32,000 nucleotides of DNA from assembly GCF_900103955.1 (NCBI RefSeq), contig NZ_FNIL01000014.1:1-32000 (forward strand). The letters run 5' to 3'. Numbering within the stretch: position 1 is the stretch's first letter; each line of letters begins with the position of its first letter. The notes below the pieces were generated by a model. It was not told where the DNA came from. It ran no database searches and saw only the letters and a list, made by a program, of their open reading frames with translations. Position numbers and translations under genes: made by a program. This document shows, piece after piece, positions 15,646 through 24,061 of this stretch. This DNA is from Alkalicoccus daliensis. GTDB lineage: Bacteria > Bacillota > Bacilli > Bacillales > Salisediminibacteriaceae.

Positions 15646-16032
15646 TTAAAGGTCGTCGTCATCGTCGTCATCGTTCATCATGCCATCATCATCGTCTTCG
15701 TCATCGTTCATCATGCCATCATCATCGTCGTCGTCATCGTCATTCATCATTGCGTCATCATCATCATCGTCGTCGTTCATCATAGCATCGTCATCGTCGT
15801 CATCGTCATTCATCATTGCGTCATCATCATCGTCATCGTCGTTCATCATTGCGTCATCGTCATCATCGTCATCGTCATCGTTCATCATACCGTTATCTTC
15901 AGTATTGTTTACTGTGTTATCCGTTCCGGTATTCGTATTATTTACATCGTTATCTGCATCGTTACCGCAGCCTGCAAGCACCCCTGCTGCGAGTAGTCCT
16001 GAGATTGCTGAAATTTGTAATGATTTTTTCAT
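15646..16032 (-). CDS. Poly-aspartate repeat lipoprotein (128 aa), paralog 3 of 3
   Basis: MKKSLQISAISGLLAAGVLAGC provides the lipobox. The RBS is TAAGGAGG. An N/T/D linker is followed by seven MMNDDDDDDD(A/G) units. Confidence 0.85.
   Translation of the reverse strand: MKKSLQISAISGLLAAGVLAGCGNDADNDVNNTNTGTDNTVNNTEDNGMMNDDDDDDDDDAMMNDDDDDDDAMMNDDDDDDDAMMNDDDDDDDAMMNDDDDDDDDGMMNDDEDDDDGMMNDDDDDDDL
15649..15888 (-). repeat. Intragenic tandem repeat, 33-39-bp period x7, encoding MMN-(D)7-9-(A/G/L)
   Basis: The periodicity is visible in both DNA and protein. The units differ by synonymous GAT/GAC changes. Confidence 0.85.
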
Positions 16033-16397
16033 TGTAATAATTCCTCCTTAATAATTGCTTTCATGTCTCTACTCCCTCTCATTACACTTAGCCGTAATGT
16101 TAAAACATTCTACACGACTTTTTGACACTTTTTCATATTGTGCACCTATTTCATAATGGATGCATAACAAATGTCTACATATTAATAGCAAAATTAAACG
16201 ACGAAAGATTATCTTTTGAAAGAATTAAAATAAGAAAAAATGTGTATTTACAAAAGCAGCTAATTCCTCCATAAACCAATTTGTAATAAACTATTAATTA
16301 GGAAAATAGAAAACACTCCCCTTAAAGCGCTTGTTCGTAGTATGATAAAGAGATACTAATGAACCGGAGTACGGTTGGAAAATGAGGGAAATAAATA

Positions 16398-17831
16398 ATG
16401 AAGAACGGATTTACGCAGTTTGGATTAAGTGAAGAAATCGTGGAGGCGCTTGACGGTTTGAAATATAAAGAACCTACAGAAGTGCAGGAACGTGTGATTC
16501 CTGAAGCGATGCAGCGAAAAGATGTAGTGGTGAAGGCACAGACAGGAAGCGGAAAAACTGCTGCATTTGCAGCTCCGATATGTGAACAGATAGTATGGGA
16601 AGAAAATAAGCCGCAGGCATTAATTTTAACCCCGACAAGGGAGCTTGCGATGCAGGTAAGGGAAGAAATTCAAAATATCGGCCGTTTTAAAAGAATTAAA
16701 GCCTCCCTGCTTGTAGGGCAGCAGCCTGCAGCGCCGCAGCGGGTGGAGCTGAAGCAGAAGGTACATGTAGTAGTCGGAACGCCAGGGCGGGTCCTTGATC
16801 ATTTGAAAAAAGGAACGCTTGCGCTGGATAAGGTGAAGCATCTGGTACTGGATGAAGCAGATGAAATGCTGAACATGGGATTTATTGATCAGGTGGAGGA
16901 AATTATCGGAGAAGTTCCGGAAGCACGGACGACTTCTTTATTTTCTGCAACGCTTCCGAGAAAGGTAAGAGACCTTGCTGACTTTTATATGCGTTCTCCT
17001 GAAACAATTGAAGTAAAAACAGCTGCACAGAAGCCGGACATTTCTTTCCGCTGGATTCAGGCAGATGAGGAAGAGAAGTTTAAAGTATTAACACAGCTTT
17101 TAGCCGTGGAACGACCGGAATCGGCAATTCTTTTCTGTGCGAGAAAAGAAACAGTGGACGATGTGGAACGCCGGTTAACGGATGAAGGGATTTCTGCAGC
17201 AAAGATTCACGGGGGACTGGAACAGAAAGACAGAACGCGTGTGATGCAGGAATTTAAGCGGGGGACTGTGCGATATCTCGTAGCGACTGATGTAGCAGCA
17301 CGAGGGATCGATGTTTCCGAGATGCCGCTCGTCGTCAATTACGATGTACCGGAAGAAGCAGATAAGTTTGTACACCGTACCGGAAGAACGGCGCGGGCAG
17401 GAAAAAGCGGGGAGGCTATTACGATAGCTGCACCGAGAGAAAAAAGATTTGTGGCGGAAATTGAACGCTATACAAATGAAACTGTAAACTGGGAAGAAGC
17501 ACCGCTTGTTACGACAGCAGATCAGCGTGCTTTTGATCAATTAATGGAAACAGTGCCGCAGATGAAAAAAAATAAAAGTGCGCCGCTCGAAAAAAATATT
17601 ACCAAGCTGTATTTCAATGGCGGCAAGAAAAAGAAGTTAAGAGCTGTGGATTTTGTAGGAACCATTACGAATATTCCTGAGGTAACAGCGGATGATATCG
17701 GTGTTATTTCTATCGAACAGCTGGCAACCTATGTGGATATTCTCAATGGAAAAGGATCGGTAGTTCTGCAGGAAATGCAGGAGCGAACGGTCAAAGGCAA
17801 GCGGTTAAAAGTAAGGGAAGCAAGAAATTAA
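16398..17831 (+). CDS. dbpA: DEAD-box ATP-dependent RNA helicase with a C-terminal DbpA-type RNA-binding domain (YxiN/DbpA-like)
   Basis: Helicase motifs are present: Q-motif, AQTGSGKT, PTRELA, DEAD (LDEADEM), SAT and HRTGRTARAG. The C-terminal stretch YFNGGKKKKLRAVDFVGTI is typical of the DbpA RBD. Confidence 0.85.
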   Translation: MKNGFTQFGLSEEIVEALDGLKYKEPTEVQERVIPEAMQRKDVVVKAQTGSGKTAAFAAPICEQIVWEENKPQALILTPTRELAMQVREEIQNIGRFKRIKASLLVGQQPAAPQRVELKQKVHVVVGTPGRVLDHLKKGTLALDKVKHLVLDEADEMLNMGFIDQVEEIIGEVPEARTTSLFSATLPRKVRDLADFYMRSPETIEVKTAAQKPDISFRWIQADEEEKFKVLTQLLAVERPESAILFCARKETVDDVERRLTDEGISAAKIHGGLEQKDRTRVMQEFKRGTVRYLVATDVAARGIDVSEMPLVVNYDVPEEADKFVHRTGRTARAGKSGEAITIAAPREKRFVAEIERYTNETVNWEEAPLVTTADQRAFDQLMETVPQMKKNKSAPLEKNITKLYFNGGKKKKLRAVDFVGTITNIPEVTADDIGVISIEQLATYVDILNGKGSVVLQEMQERTVKGKRLKVREARN

Positions 17832-17844
17832 AGCATCAGTGGAA

Positions 17845-17883
17845 AGAACCTCTGCTCTTATTTGAGAGAGGTTCTTTTTTTAT
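17845..17883 (+). terminator. Rho-independent terminator
   Basis: AGAACCTCT-loop-AGAGGTTCT is followed by a T8 run. Confidence 0.85.
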
Positions 17884-17896
17884 AAGGTCGGGATTT

Positions 17897-18526
17897 TCAG
17901 CCGGAATCAGCTTCTTTTTTCATCTGCTGAAAAGCAACTACATTTGTTCCTTCCTGAATAAGCGCTTCTTGTTCCCGGTGGATTTTCCAATCAACAAATT
18001 TCAAGCTGCCTGCAAGAAGCTTTGCAATATTCATCACCGTATAAAGGCGGGTACTCTGCAGTACTGAGAGTTCCATAAAACCGGACACGTTAACAATGCC
18101 GGTTAAATAAATATCTCCTACAGGCGGCAGATCTCTTCCGAGTGCTGATCCTGGAAGCAGCGGTCCATCTCCAAGGACGATGGTTCCTACATTCTGATAA
18201 CTTCCGAGACAGGCATCGACCGCAATAACGAACGGGTCCTGGTGGTCTTCCTGGACCGTTTGTAAAACTTCCTGCAGATTTTTTGCATGCACAGGGGCTT
18301 CGAGTGTGCCGTACACATGAAAATGGGAGAGGCGGCGCTCTTTTAGGAAAGTGCCGGTCAGCGGGCCAAGTGAATCACCGGTGGACCGGTCCGTGCCGAT
18401 ACAAATAAGTACAAGAGGCCGTGAATCAGCCGGTATTTTACTTCGAAGCTGCTCAGACAGTTGTCGCATCGTATGAGGAGCATCCCAGAGAAAGCGAGTC
18501 TGCTCCACATAAAGTTTTTCCCTCAT
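17897..18526 (-). CDS. yyaC: Putative sporulation protein YyaC (GPR-like protease fold)
   Basis: It carries the family motif LICIGTDRSTGDSLGPLTG and is about 200 aa long. The RBS is GGAGGG. Confidence 0.75.
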   Translation of the reverse strand: MREKLYVEQTRFLWDAPHTMRQLSEQLRSKIPADSRPLVLICIGTDRSTGDSLGPLTGTFLKERRLSHFHVYGTLEAPVHAKNLQEVLQTVQEDHQDPFVIAVDACLGSYQNVGTIVLGDGPLLPGSALGRDLPPVGDIYLTGIVNVSGFMELSVLQSTRLYTVMNIAKLLAGSLKFVDWKIHREQEALIQEGTNVVAFQQMKKEADSG

Positions 18527-18714
18527 ACATAAAACCCTCCGTTCGTTATAAAGAATAATTGTATGTTCATTATAACGTACACAACTTATAAATCAAGACC
18601 TTTACTGAAAAATATATTTTTGTATTTTTAAAAAAAGAGCAGGTGGTATAGTATAATAGTTTCAGCGGTATTCCGCCGCACGGGAGACACTCCCGTAGAA
18701 AGGAGGAAGTTAGA

Positions 18715-18981
18715 ATGGACGTAGGCAGAATGTCAATGGCCACGAGTCAGGTCCAAACCCAGCAGCAGGCATCTGAACTGATGCAGCAGCATCAGCTGGT
18801 GGAGGAAGCAACTCAGCCGGAAGGACGTGCCGCAGCTGTAGGCACAGCTTCCGAGTTGAACAATCAGCAGCAGAAACACCAGCATGAGCAGCAGGAACAG
18901 CAGATCATGCAGCAGCTGATTGATCAGCAGCAAAGGTCGGTACAGCCGTATTTAGGCGGTATCGTTGATGTACGCGTATAG
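18715..18981 (+). CDS. YjfB-like putative motility protein with a Q-rich internal expansion
   Basis: The N-terminus MSMATSQVQTQQQAS and C-terminus QPYLGGIVDVRV match my memory of the YjfB family termini. The RBS is AAAGGAGG. Confidence 0.65.
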   Translation: MDVGRMSMATSQVQTQQQASELMQQHQLVEEATQPEGRAAAVGTASELNNQQQKHQHEQQEQQIMQQLIDQQQRSVQPYLGGIVDVRV

Positions 18982-19221
18982 TGCATCATGCGGAAAAGTC
19001 GTTCTCTATAGAGAATGGCTTTTTTGTATGCAGAAGCAGGACAGATTACAGGATAGACTGTATATTCCTTATTTGTTCCTCTCAAGAGTAATATGCATAA
19101 ATTCATTATATTTTAAAATTCTTAATTTTCAAAATAATATACTTAATTTTCTGCACAATTATGTTATATTAGTGGTATAATGCTGTGCTTTGAGTGAATA
19201 TCAAATATGGAGGGATGCACG

Positions 19222-19578
19222 ATGCAGGAAAAAGGCTCGCCCCCTGTCAGCAGTTCCGGATTGAACCAGAATACAGCAGCTACGTTAAGTTATGTGCTCG
19301 GATTCATTACAGGACTCATTTTTTTATTTTTGGAAAAAGATAATAAGTTTATTCGCTATCATGCCATGCAGTCAATAGTCATATCCCTCGCTTTTCTGCT
19401 TATCAACACGATACTCAGCTTTATTCCGATCATCGGCTGGATTCTCGCACCGCTGTTTGCACCGGTTGCACTTATCATCTGGATTCTTTGCATGGTGAAA
19501 GCTTACCAGGGCCACTGGTATGAATTTCCTGTCGCAGGGAAATTCGCCAGGGAACAGGTGGAGAAAATGCCGTCTTAA
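19222..19578 (+). CDS. Small integral membrane protein, DUF4870-like
   Basis: The motif LSYVLGFITGLIFLFLEKDNKFIRYHAMQS is present, with 3 TM helices. The ATG at 19222 is 7 nt after GGAGGG. Confidence 0.65.
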   Translation: MQEKGSPPVSSSGLNQNTAATLSYVLGFITGLIFLFLEKDNKFIRYHAMQSIVISLAFLLINTILSFIPIIGWILAPLFAPVALIIWILCMVKAYQGHWYEFPVAGKFAREQVEKMPS

Positions 19579-19587
19579 ACATATTGC

Positions 19588-19620
19588 AAAAAGGAGCAGC
19601 CTCTTGGGACTGCTCCTTTA
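19588..19620. terminator. Bidirectional terminator between convergent genes
   Basis: The hairpin is AAAAAGGAGCAG-loop-CTGCTCCTTT. Confidence 0.8.
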
Positions 19621-19621
19621 C

Positions 19622-20503
19622 TTATTCTGAAGAAGTAGACAGCGGGTTTTCCTTATCGCTCATCCATTCATTCAGGGAACCATCATACACTGCCGCTTCT
19701 TTTCCCAGAGAGGCAAGCGCAAGTGCATTCCAGGTAGCTGCCACGCCGCCCCCGCAGTACGTAATTACTTTTTTCTCCGGGTCAAGCGCGCCGGTGGAGG
19801 TGAAAATTGCCCTTAAAGTGTCTTCGTGCGGAAGAGAGCCGGAAGGCGTACTTAAATCCCCGAAAAACACATGCTCACTGCCGGGAATATGTCCTTTTCT
19901 CGGATAGTTGTTTGTCTCCCCGCGAAAATCTTCACTGGATAGGCAGTTCATAATAATTGTTTTTTCATCGTACATAGAATCTTTAATATCATTGATAGTA
20001 GCGTAAAGTTCCGGCCGGTATCTGCCGATAAAAGAACCAGCGGCCGTTAACGGGATTTCCTCTGTTAATGGTTTTGCTTCCTGTTTCCACTTGGGCAGGC
20101 CGCCGCCGAGAACAAATACTTTATTATGGCCGGAAAGTCGAAACTGCCACCATAACCGCGATGCCCAGTCTGAAGAAGTGAAGGTGGCGCCGACTACCGG
20201 ACCGCGGTCATAAATCACCACGGTAGTGTCATCGTCGATTCCGAGTCCCCTTGCTTCATGGACAAAGGACTCGTGCGGGAGAGCGGTAAGCGGCTGCGCG
20301 GCATCTACATCGGAAAACTGTGTAAGCAGGTTCGCGAAAACAGCGTTTGGCAGATGTGCCAGCTGATAAGCTTCCTCGCCGGGAGTAATACGAAGGCCTT
20401 CATCTGTCTGTTCCATAAATACAGTCGCATCAATAATACGAAGGTTGTCATCATCTTTATGCTCAAAAAGCCAATCTGTCGTTACGAGTGGATGTACGTC
20501 CAT
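19622..20503 (-). CDS. Tandem-rhodanese sulfurtransferase (thiosulfate/3-mercaptopyruvate sulfurtransferase, SseA-like)
   Basis: It has two rhodanese domains and the active-site loop YCGGGVAAT. The start was set at the ATG at 20503 (MDVHPLV), after AAAGGAG. Confidence 0.8.
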   Translation of the reverse strand: MDVHPLVTTDWLFEHKDDDNLRIIDATVFMEQTDEGLRITPGEEAYQLAHLPNAVFANLLTQFSDVDAAQPLTALPHESFVHEARGLGIDDDTTVVIYDRGPVVGATFTSSDWASRLWWQFRLSGHNKVFVLGGGLPKWKQEAKPLTEEIPLTAAGSFIGRYRPELYATINDIKDSMYDEKTIIMNCLSSEDFRGETNNYPRKGHIPGSEHVFFGDLSTPSGSLPHEDTLRAIFTSTGALDPEKKVITYCGGGVAATWNALALASLGKEAAVYDGSLNEWMSDKENPLSTSSE

Positions 20504-20595
20504 TAATATCACGCTCCTTTTTCCTTTTTAGTATACCGATAGATCCGTTTCGATACGAATAATATGCTGATGCTCAATTAAACAGGAGGATGCTT

Positions 20596-20823
20596 ATGAA
20601 TGCGAATGAATTGTTTCTTCAGGAACAGCTGGAGTGGACGAAAAAAAGAATGGCGCTTTATGATGCTATAGAAAATAAACTGAGAGAAATGCGGGAAATA
20701 GCGGAAGAAGCTGCGGACAACCGTGCGACTGATGCAGACCGGTTGCATCTGCAGCAGCAAATAGAAGAAAAACAGACGGAACTGGAAGAGCTCCAGTCGG
20801 AACTGGAAACAATCGTTCATTAA
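20596..20823 (+). CDS. Hypothetical 75-aa coiled-coil protein
   Basis: The RBS AGGAGG lies 6 nt before the ATG at 20596. The protein is heptad-rich and acidic. It sits immediately upstream of a sigma-D promoter and fliD copy 1. Confidence 0.5.
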   Translation: MNANELFLQEQLEWTKKRMALYDAIENKLREMREIAEEAADNRATDADRLHLQQQIEEKQTELEELQSELETIVH

Positions 20824-20896
20824 GACAAGTTGAGGAAGGAAGTCCCGCAAAAAATAATTCACCTTTCCGCCGCATGGAGAAATAATTAAATTTCCT

Positions 20897-20923
20897 TAAA
20901 CAAATCGGTGCACCTGCCGATAT
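20897..20923 (+). promoter_or_regulatory. Sigma-D-type promoter
   Basis: TAAA-N15-GCCGATAT (TAAA 20897-20900, GCCGATAT 20916-20923) is an exact match to the Bacillus sigma-D consensus. Confidence 0.7.
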
Positions 20924-21169
20924 TACACTTAGCGCATATAATGACTATATTTATCAGCAGAAGGTCCGACTGGATCAATTTCTACATGGAAATTCTAAAG
21001 TGCTGCAGAAAATAACGAAATTGAAGAAGATAAGCAAAAACAGAAAAAAGAAGCCTCGTGCCGATTTTTTCTGTTTTTTATTTTTTTCAGCATATTTTCA
21101 GGTGTTCTATATCTAACAAAGATGAATTACATAATGAAAGCATAACAGTAAATTCGAAGGGATGATTGG

Positions 21170-22777
21170 ATGGATGGCATGAACAGGATGACGGGGTTTG
21201 CCTCCGGAATGGATATAAACCAGATGGTATCAGATTTAATGCGAGCGGAGCGGCAACCGCTGGAACCTATGCAGCAGAATTCTATGGAGCTGCAGCTGAA
21301 AATTGATGAATACAGGCAGATGAATTTAAAATTTTCGGAGTTTCGCAACAACACGTTTGACGGTATTTTACGCTCCTCTAACATGCGGTCAAGAGAAACT
21401 GTCAGTTCCAATGAAGCTGCTGTGACTGCACGGGCTTCCGCAAGTACGCCAGAGGGAAGCTACACCATATCCGATGCTTCTCTCGCCAGGGCGGAAATGC
21501 ACGTATCTGAAGCGGCGGGAGAAAACGGGTCTTTTGTAAATGACCTAGCTGCATTTGACCGCAGTGAAAGTTTTCTCCAGCAGGCAGAACTTTTACATGG
21601 CGTAGAAGAAGGCCAGACCGAAGCTGCGTTTGCTATTGCAGTATTTGATGAAAATGGTGCTGCAGTGCCGCAGGAATTTACTGTGGATGAAAGCAGCAGT
21701 CTCGATGATATTCTCAATGATGTGAATCAGTCTGCATTAGGTGTACAGGCTTTTTATGATGAATTCTCCGGAAGGATTTCTCTGCAGAGAGCAGAAACGG
21801 GCGTTTTTAATGAGACTGGGAATGAAATTCAGTTTGGGGAAATAGATGCAGACGGGGAGTTTATAGAAGCTGAACCAGGAGAGCAGCATTTCTTTTCCAC
21901 GGCCTTTGGGCTGGAAAACAATACGCCGATGCAGGAAGCAGCAAATGCGGCCTTTACGATGAATGGGCTCAGTGAAATGGAAAGACGCAGCAATTCTTTT
22001 GAAATAAACGGGTTAAATGTAACTTTGAATCAGCCCTTCACTGAACAAGTATCGATCGGTGTATCTTCAGATGACGAAAAAATATTTGATACAGTAATGG
22101 GATTTGTTGAAGATTATAATGAGCTCGTAAGTGCAATGCAGGAAAAAACAGGGGAAGAATATTTCCGGGATTATGCACCTCTAACAGATGAGCAGCGGAG
22201 AGAATTATCAGACACAGAGGTGGAAATGTGGGAGGAAAAGTCAAACAGCGGCCTGCTGCGGAGAGACAGTATTATTTCGGGTGCGGTCAGCTCCATGAGA
22301 TCCCAGTTTTATGAACCGGTGAATACAGCGGATGGTGATCAGGCTTTCACACAGATTACAGAAATAGGCATAACTACTTCCACCGATTTCCGCCAGGGCG
22401 GGATACTGGAAGTGAATGAGGAGCAGCTGCGCGCCTCTATCGCGGAAGATCCGGATGCGGTATTTAACTTATTTGCCGCAGATGGAGAAACACAGGAAGA
22501 GCGCGGAATAGCGAGAAGGCTCCGTGCTACGCTCGACGACAGCATCCAGCAGATCGGACAGCGTGCCGGACGCACGGAAATGTCCGGGAATCAGACATTT
22601 ACTCTCGGCAGGGAGCTCGAACAGCAGTCAGATCAAATTTCGAATTTTGAGCGACGGATGCAGCAGGTCGAACAGCGTTACTGGAGCCAGTTCAATGCTA
22701 TGGAACAGGCAATGGCCCGTGCGAACGCACAGGCCGAACAGCTGATGTCGCAGATGGGCGGCAAGCAGGGAATGTAG
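21170..22777 (+). CDS. fliD: Flagellar filament cap protein FliD, copy 1 (535 aa)
   Basis: The N-terminus is GFASGMDINQMVSDLMRAERQPL. The C-terminal FliD helix is FERRMQQVEQRYWSQFNAMEQAM. Confidence 0.85.
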   Translation: MDGMNRMTGFASGMDINQMVSDLMRAERQPLEPMQQNSMELQLKIDEYRQMNLKFSEFRNNTFDGILRSSNMRSRETVSSNEAAVTARASASTPEGSYTISDASLARAEMHVSEAAGENGSFVNDLAAFDRSESFLQQAELLHGVEEGQTEAAFAIAVFDENGAAVPQEFTVDESSSLDDILNDVNQSALGVQAFYDEFSGRISLQRAETGVFNETGNEIQFGEIDADGEFIEAEPGEQHFFSTAFGLENNTPMQEAANAAFTMNGLSEMERRSNSFEINGLNVTLNQPFTEQVSIGVSSDDEKIFDTVMGFVEDYNELVSAMQEKTGEEYFRDYAPLTDEQRRELSDTEVEMWEEKSNSGLLRRDSIISGAVSSMRSQFYEPVNTADGDQAFTQITEIGITTSTDFRQGGILEVNEEQLRASIAEDPDAVFNLFAADGETQEERGIARRLRATLDDSIQQIGQRAGRTEMSGNQTFTLGRELEQQSDQISNFERRMQQVEQRYWSQFNAMEQAMARANAQAEQLMSQMGGKQGM

Positions 22778-22807
22778 GCAGGTTCCATACTGGCAATGCA
22801 GTTCATT

Positions 22808-23392
22808 TTAAAATATCATCAGGAGAATACTGCCAATTAAAGCAGTAATAATAAGAAAATGGACTGCTTTTAAAAGGGTTTTCCTAAATACAGAATTTTC
22901 TCCGAACTGGTAAGAGAGGTAAAAGCCTATCAGCGGATAAGCAGTAAATACAAAAGGAACTACAAAAAAGATACTTAAAATCCCGGTTATCCAGCTTGTG
23001 TACTGATTCAATAAGAACAAACTGAGCAGGAAGGGTACAGTGGTAAACACTGTATACTTTGCATAAGATTTCATTTGAGAAAGGTAAAATTCTTTCTGGG
23101 TGTCCGGGTCAGAATAAATCGGAGTCGTTCCCGCCGGAGCCCGGAAAATATATAAAGAGCCCTGGGAAGCAGCCAGCTCCCATCCTGCTGCCTCGAACAT
23201 CTCAAAATATTCTGCCTCCGGATTGTCCCGGAAATCAATTTTATAGGTGAAATCTGCGGGCTCTCCTTTTTCAAAGAGATAATTGAGTCCACGGAACCCG
23301 CTTAAATGATTTCCGTTCTGCGATTCCTCACGCAGCATTTCCATATCGTCAGACTCACCAAAAGCTAAACCGCTACTCCATTTTTTCTTCAT
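22808..23392 (-). CDS. DUF2812-like membrane protein (typical PadR partner)
   Basis: The soluble N-domain contains YFEMFEAAGWELA, followed by 2-3 C-terminal TM helices. The ATG at 23392 follows GGAGGG and overlaps the end of the PadR gene. Confidence 0.6.
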   Translation of the reverse strand: MKKKWSSGLAFGESDDMEMLREESQNGNHLSGFRGLNYLFEKGEPADFTYKIDFRDNPEAEYFEMFEAAGWELAASQGSLYIFRAPAGTTPIYSDPDTQKEFYLSQMKSYAKYTVFTTVPFLLSLFLLNQYTSWITGILSIFFVVPFVFTAYPLIGFYLSYQFGENSVFRKTLLKAVHFLIITALIGSILLMIF

Positions 23393-23717
23393 TGATATTT
23401 CCCTCCAGTGCAATTTTTCCGTGCTGTACCATCATTTCCCGGCGCACCACTTCTTTTTGCAGGACTGTTTTCCCATAATTTGAAATAAGATAGACTTTTT
23501 TATTGTTTTCCTCCAGTTTCTCTACGATCAGTTCTTTTGTTTTCAGCTTTTTCAGCGTGGTGTACATAGAAGCCGGACCAATTTTCAGCGTTCCATTAGT
23601 CATCTTTTCAATCGCCTGCATAATTGCGTACCCATGCATCGGCTGCAGCAGTGTGATTAAAATATAATACATTGTATCAGTGAGCTCTCCCTGCTTCAGG
23701 GATTCGTTTCTTGCCAA
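23373..23717 (-). CDS. PadR-family transcriptional regulator
   Basis: The winged-HTH motif is YYILITLLQPMHGYAIMQAIEKMTNGTLKIGPASMYTTLKKL. It has a TTG start 6 nt after GGAGGTG. Confidence 0.85.
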   Translation of the reverse strand: MARNESLKQGELTDTMYYILITLLQPMHGYAIMQAIEKMTNGTLKIGPASMYTTLKKLKTKELIVEKLEENNKKVYLISNYGKTVLQKEVVRREMMVQHGKIALEGNINEEKME

Positions 23718-23731
23718 TTACTTCACCTCCA

Positions 23732-23788
23732 TATATCGTTTAATGATATATCTGTTAATAATATATCATTAAACGATATAATGATCAA
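23732..23788 (-). promoter_or_regulatory. PadR promoter with a perfect 20-bp inverted repeat (probable autoregulatory operator)
   Basis: TATATCGTTTAATGATATAT (23732-23751) and its exact reverse complement (23761-23780) are separated by 9 bp. On the minus strand, -35 TTGATC (23783-23788) and -10 TATATT (23760-23765) are separated by 17 bp. Confidence 0.65.
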
Positions 23789-24028
23789 GTATTTATCTTA
23801 TGTTTCTGGATTGATTTAGCCGCATCAGCTTATAATTCCTGCTTAGGAAAGGCAGGTTTCTGTTGGGAATTGAAGGAGAACCTTAAATCGGTAAAATTAT
23901 CTATTTATGAAATTCTTTCTTCTGTAAACTCACAGACTGATGCATCTAAATCTAATATAAAAATACCAGCGGATTAAAAGCTGGTTTCTTGCGTAGAAAA
24001 AGAGGGCATGTTAAGATAAAATTATAAA

Positions 24029-24045
24029 TGACTGACAGTCAGTCA
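24029..24045. promoter_or_regulatory. 17-bp perfect palindrome, candidate TetR operator
   Basis: TGACTGAC-A-GTCAGTCA ends 16 nt upstream of the TetR start codon. Confidence 0.55.
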
Positions 24046-24061
24046 AAAGCAGGAGGGCGAA

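Noticed and set aside
15318-16051. Plus-strand ORFs 15318-15785 (His/Arg/Ser-rich), 15680-16051 (poly-Ser) and 15816-16037
   Set aside because: These are antisense or out-of-frame shadows of the GAT/GAC-rich poly-Asp repeat. The minus-strand frame has the RBS, signal peptide, lipobox and terminator.
20513-20589. Possible sigma-D promoter (ACCGATAG) upstream of the 20596 coiled-coil gene
   Set aside because: The -10 deviates at the last position, and no TAAA lies at the required 15-bp distance. The evidence is not good enough to call.
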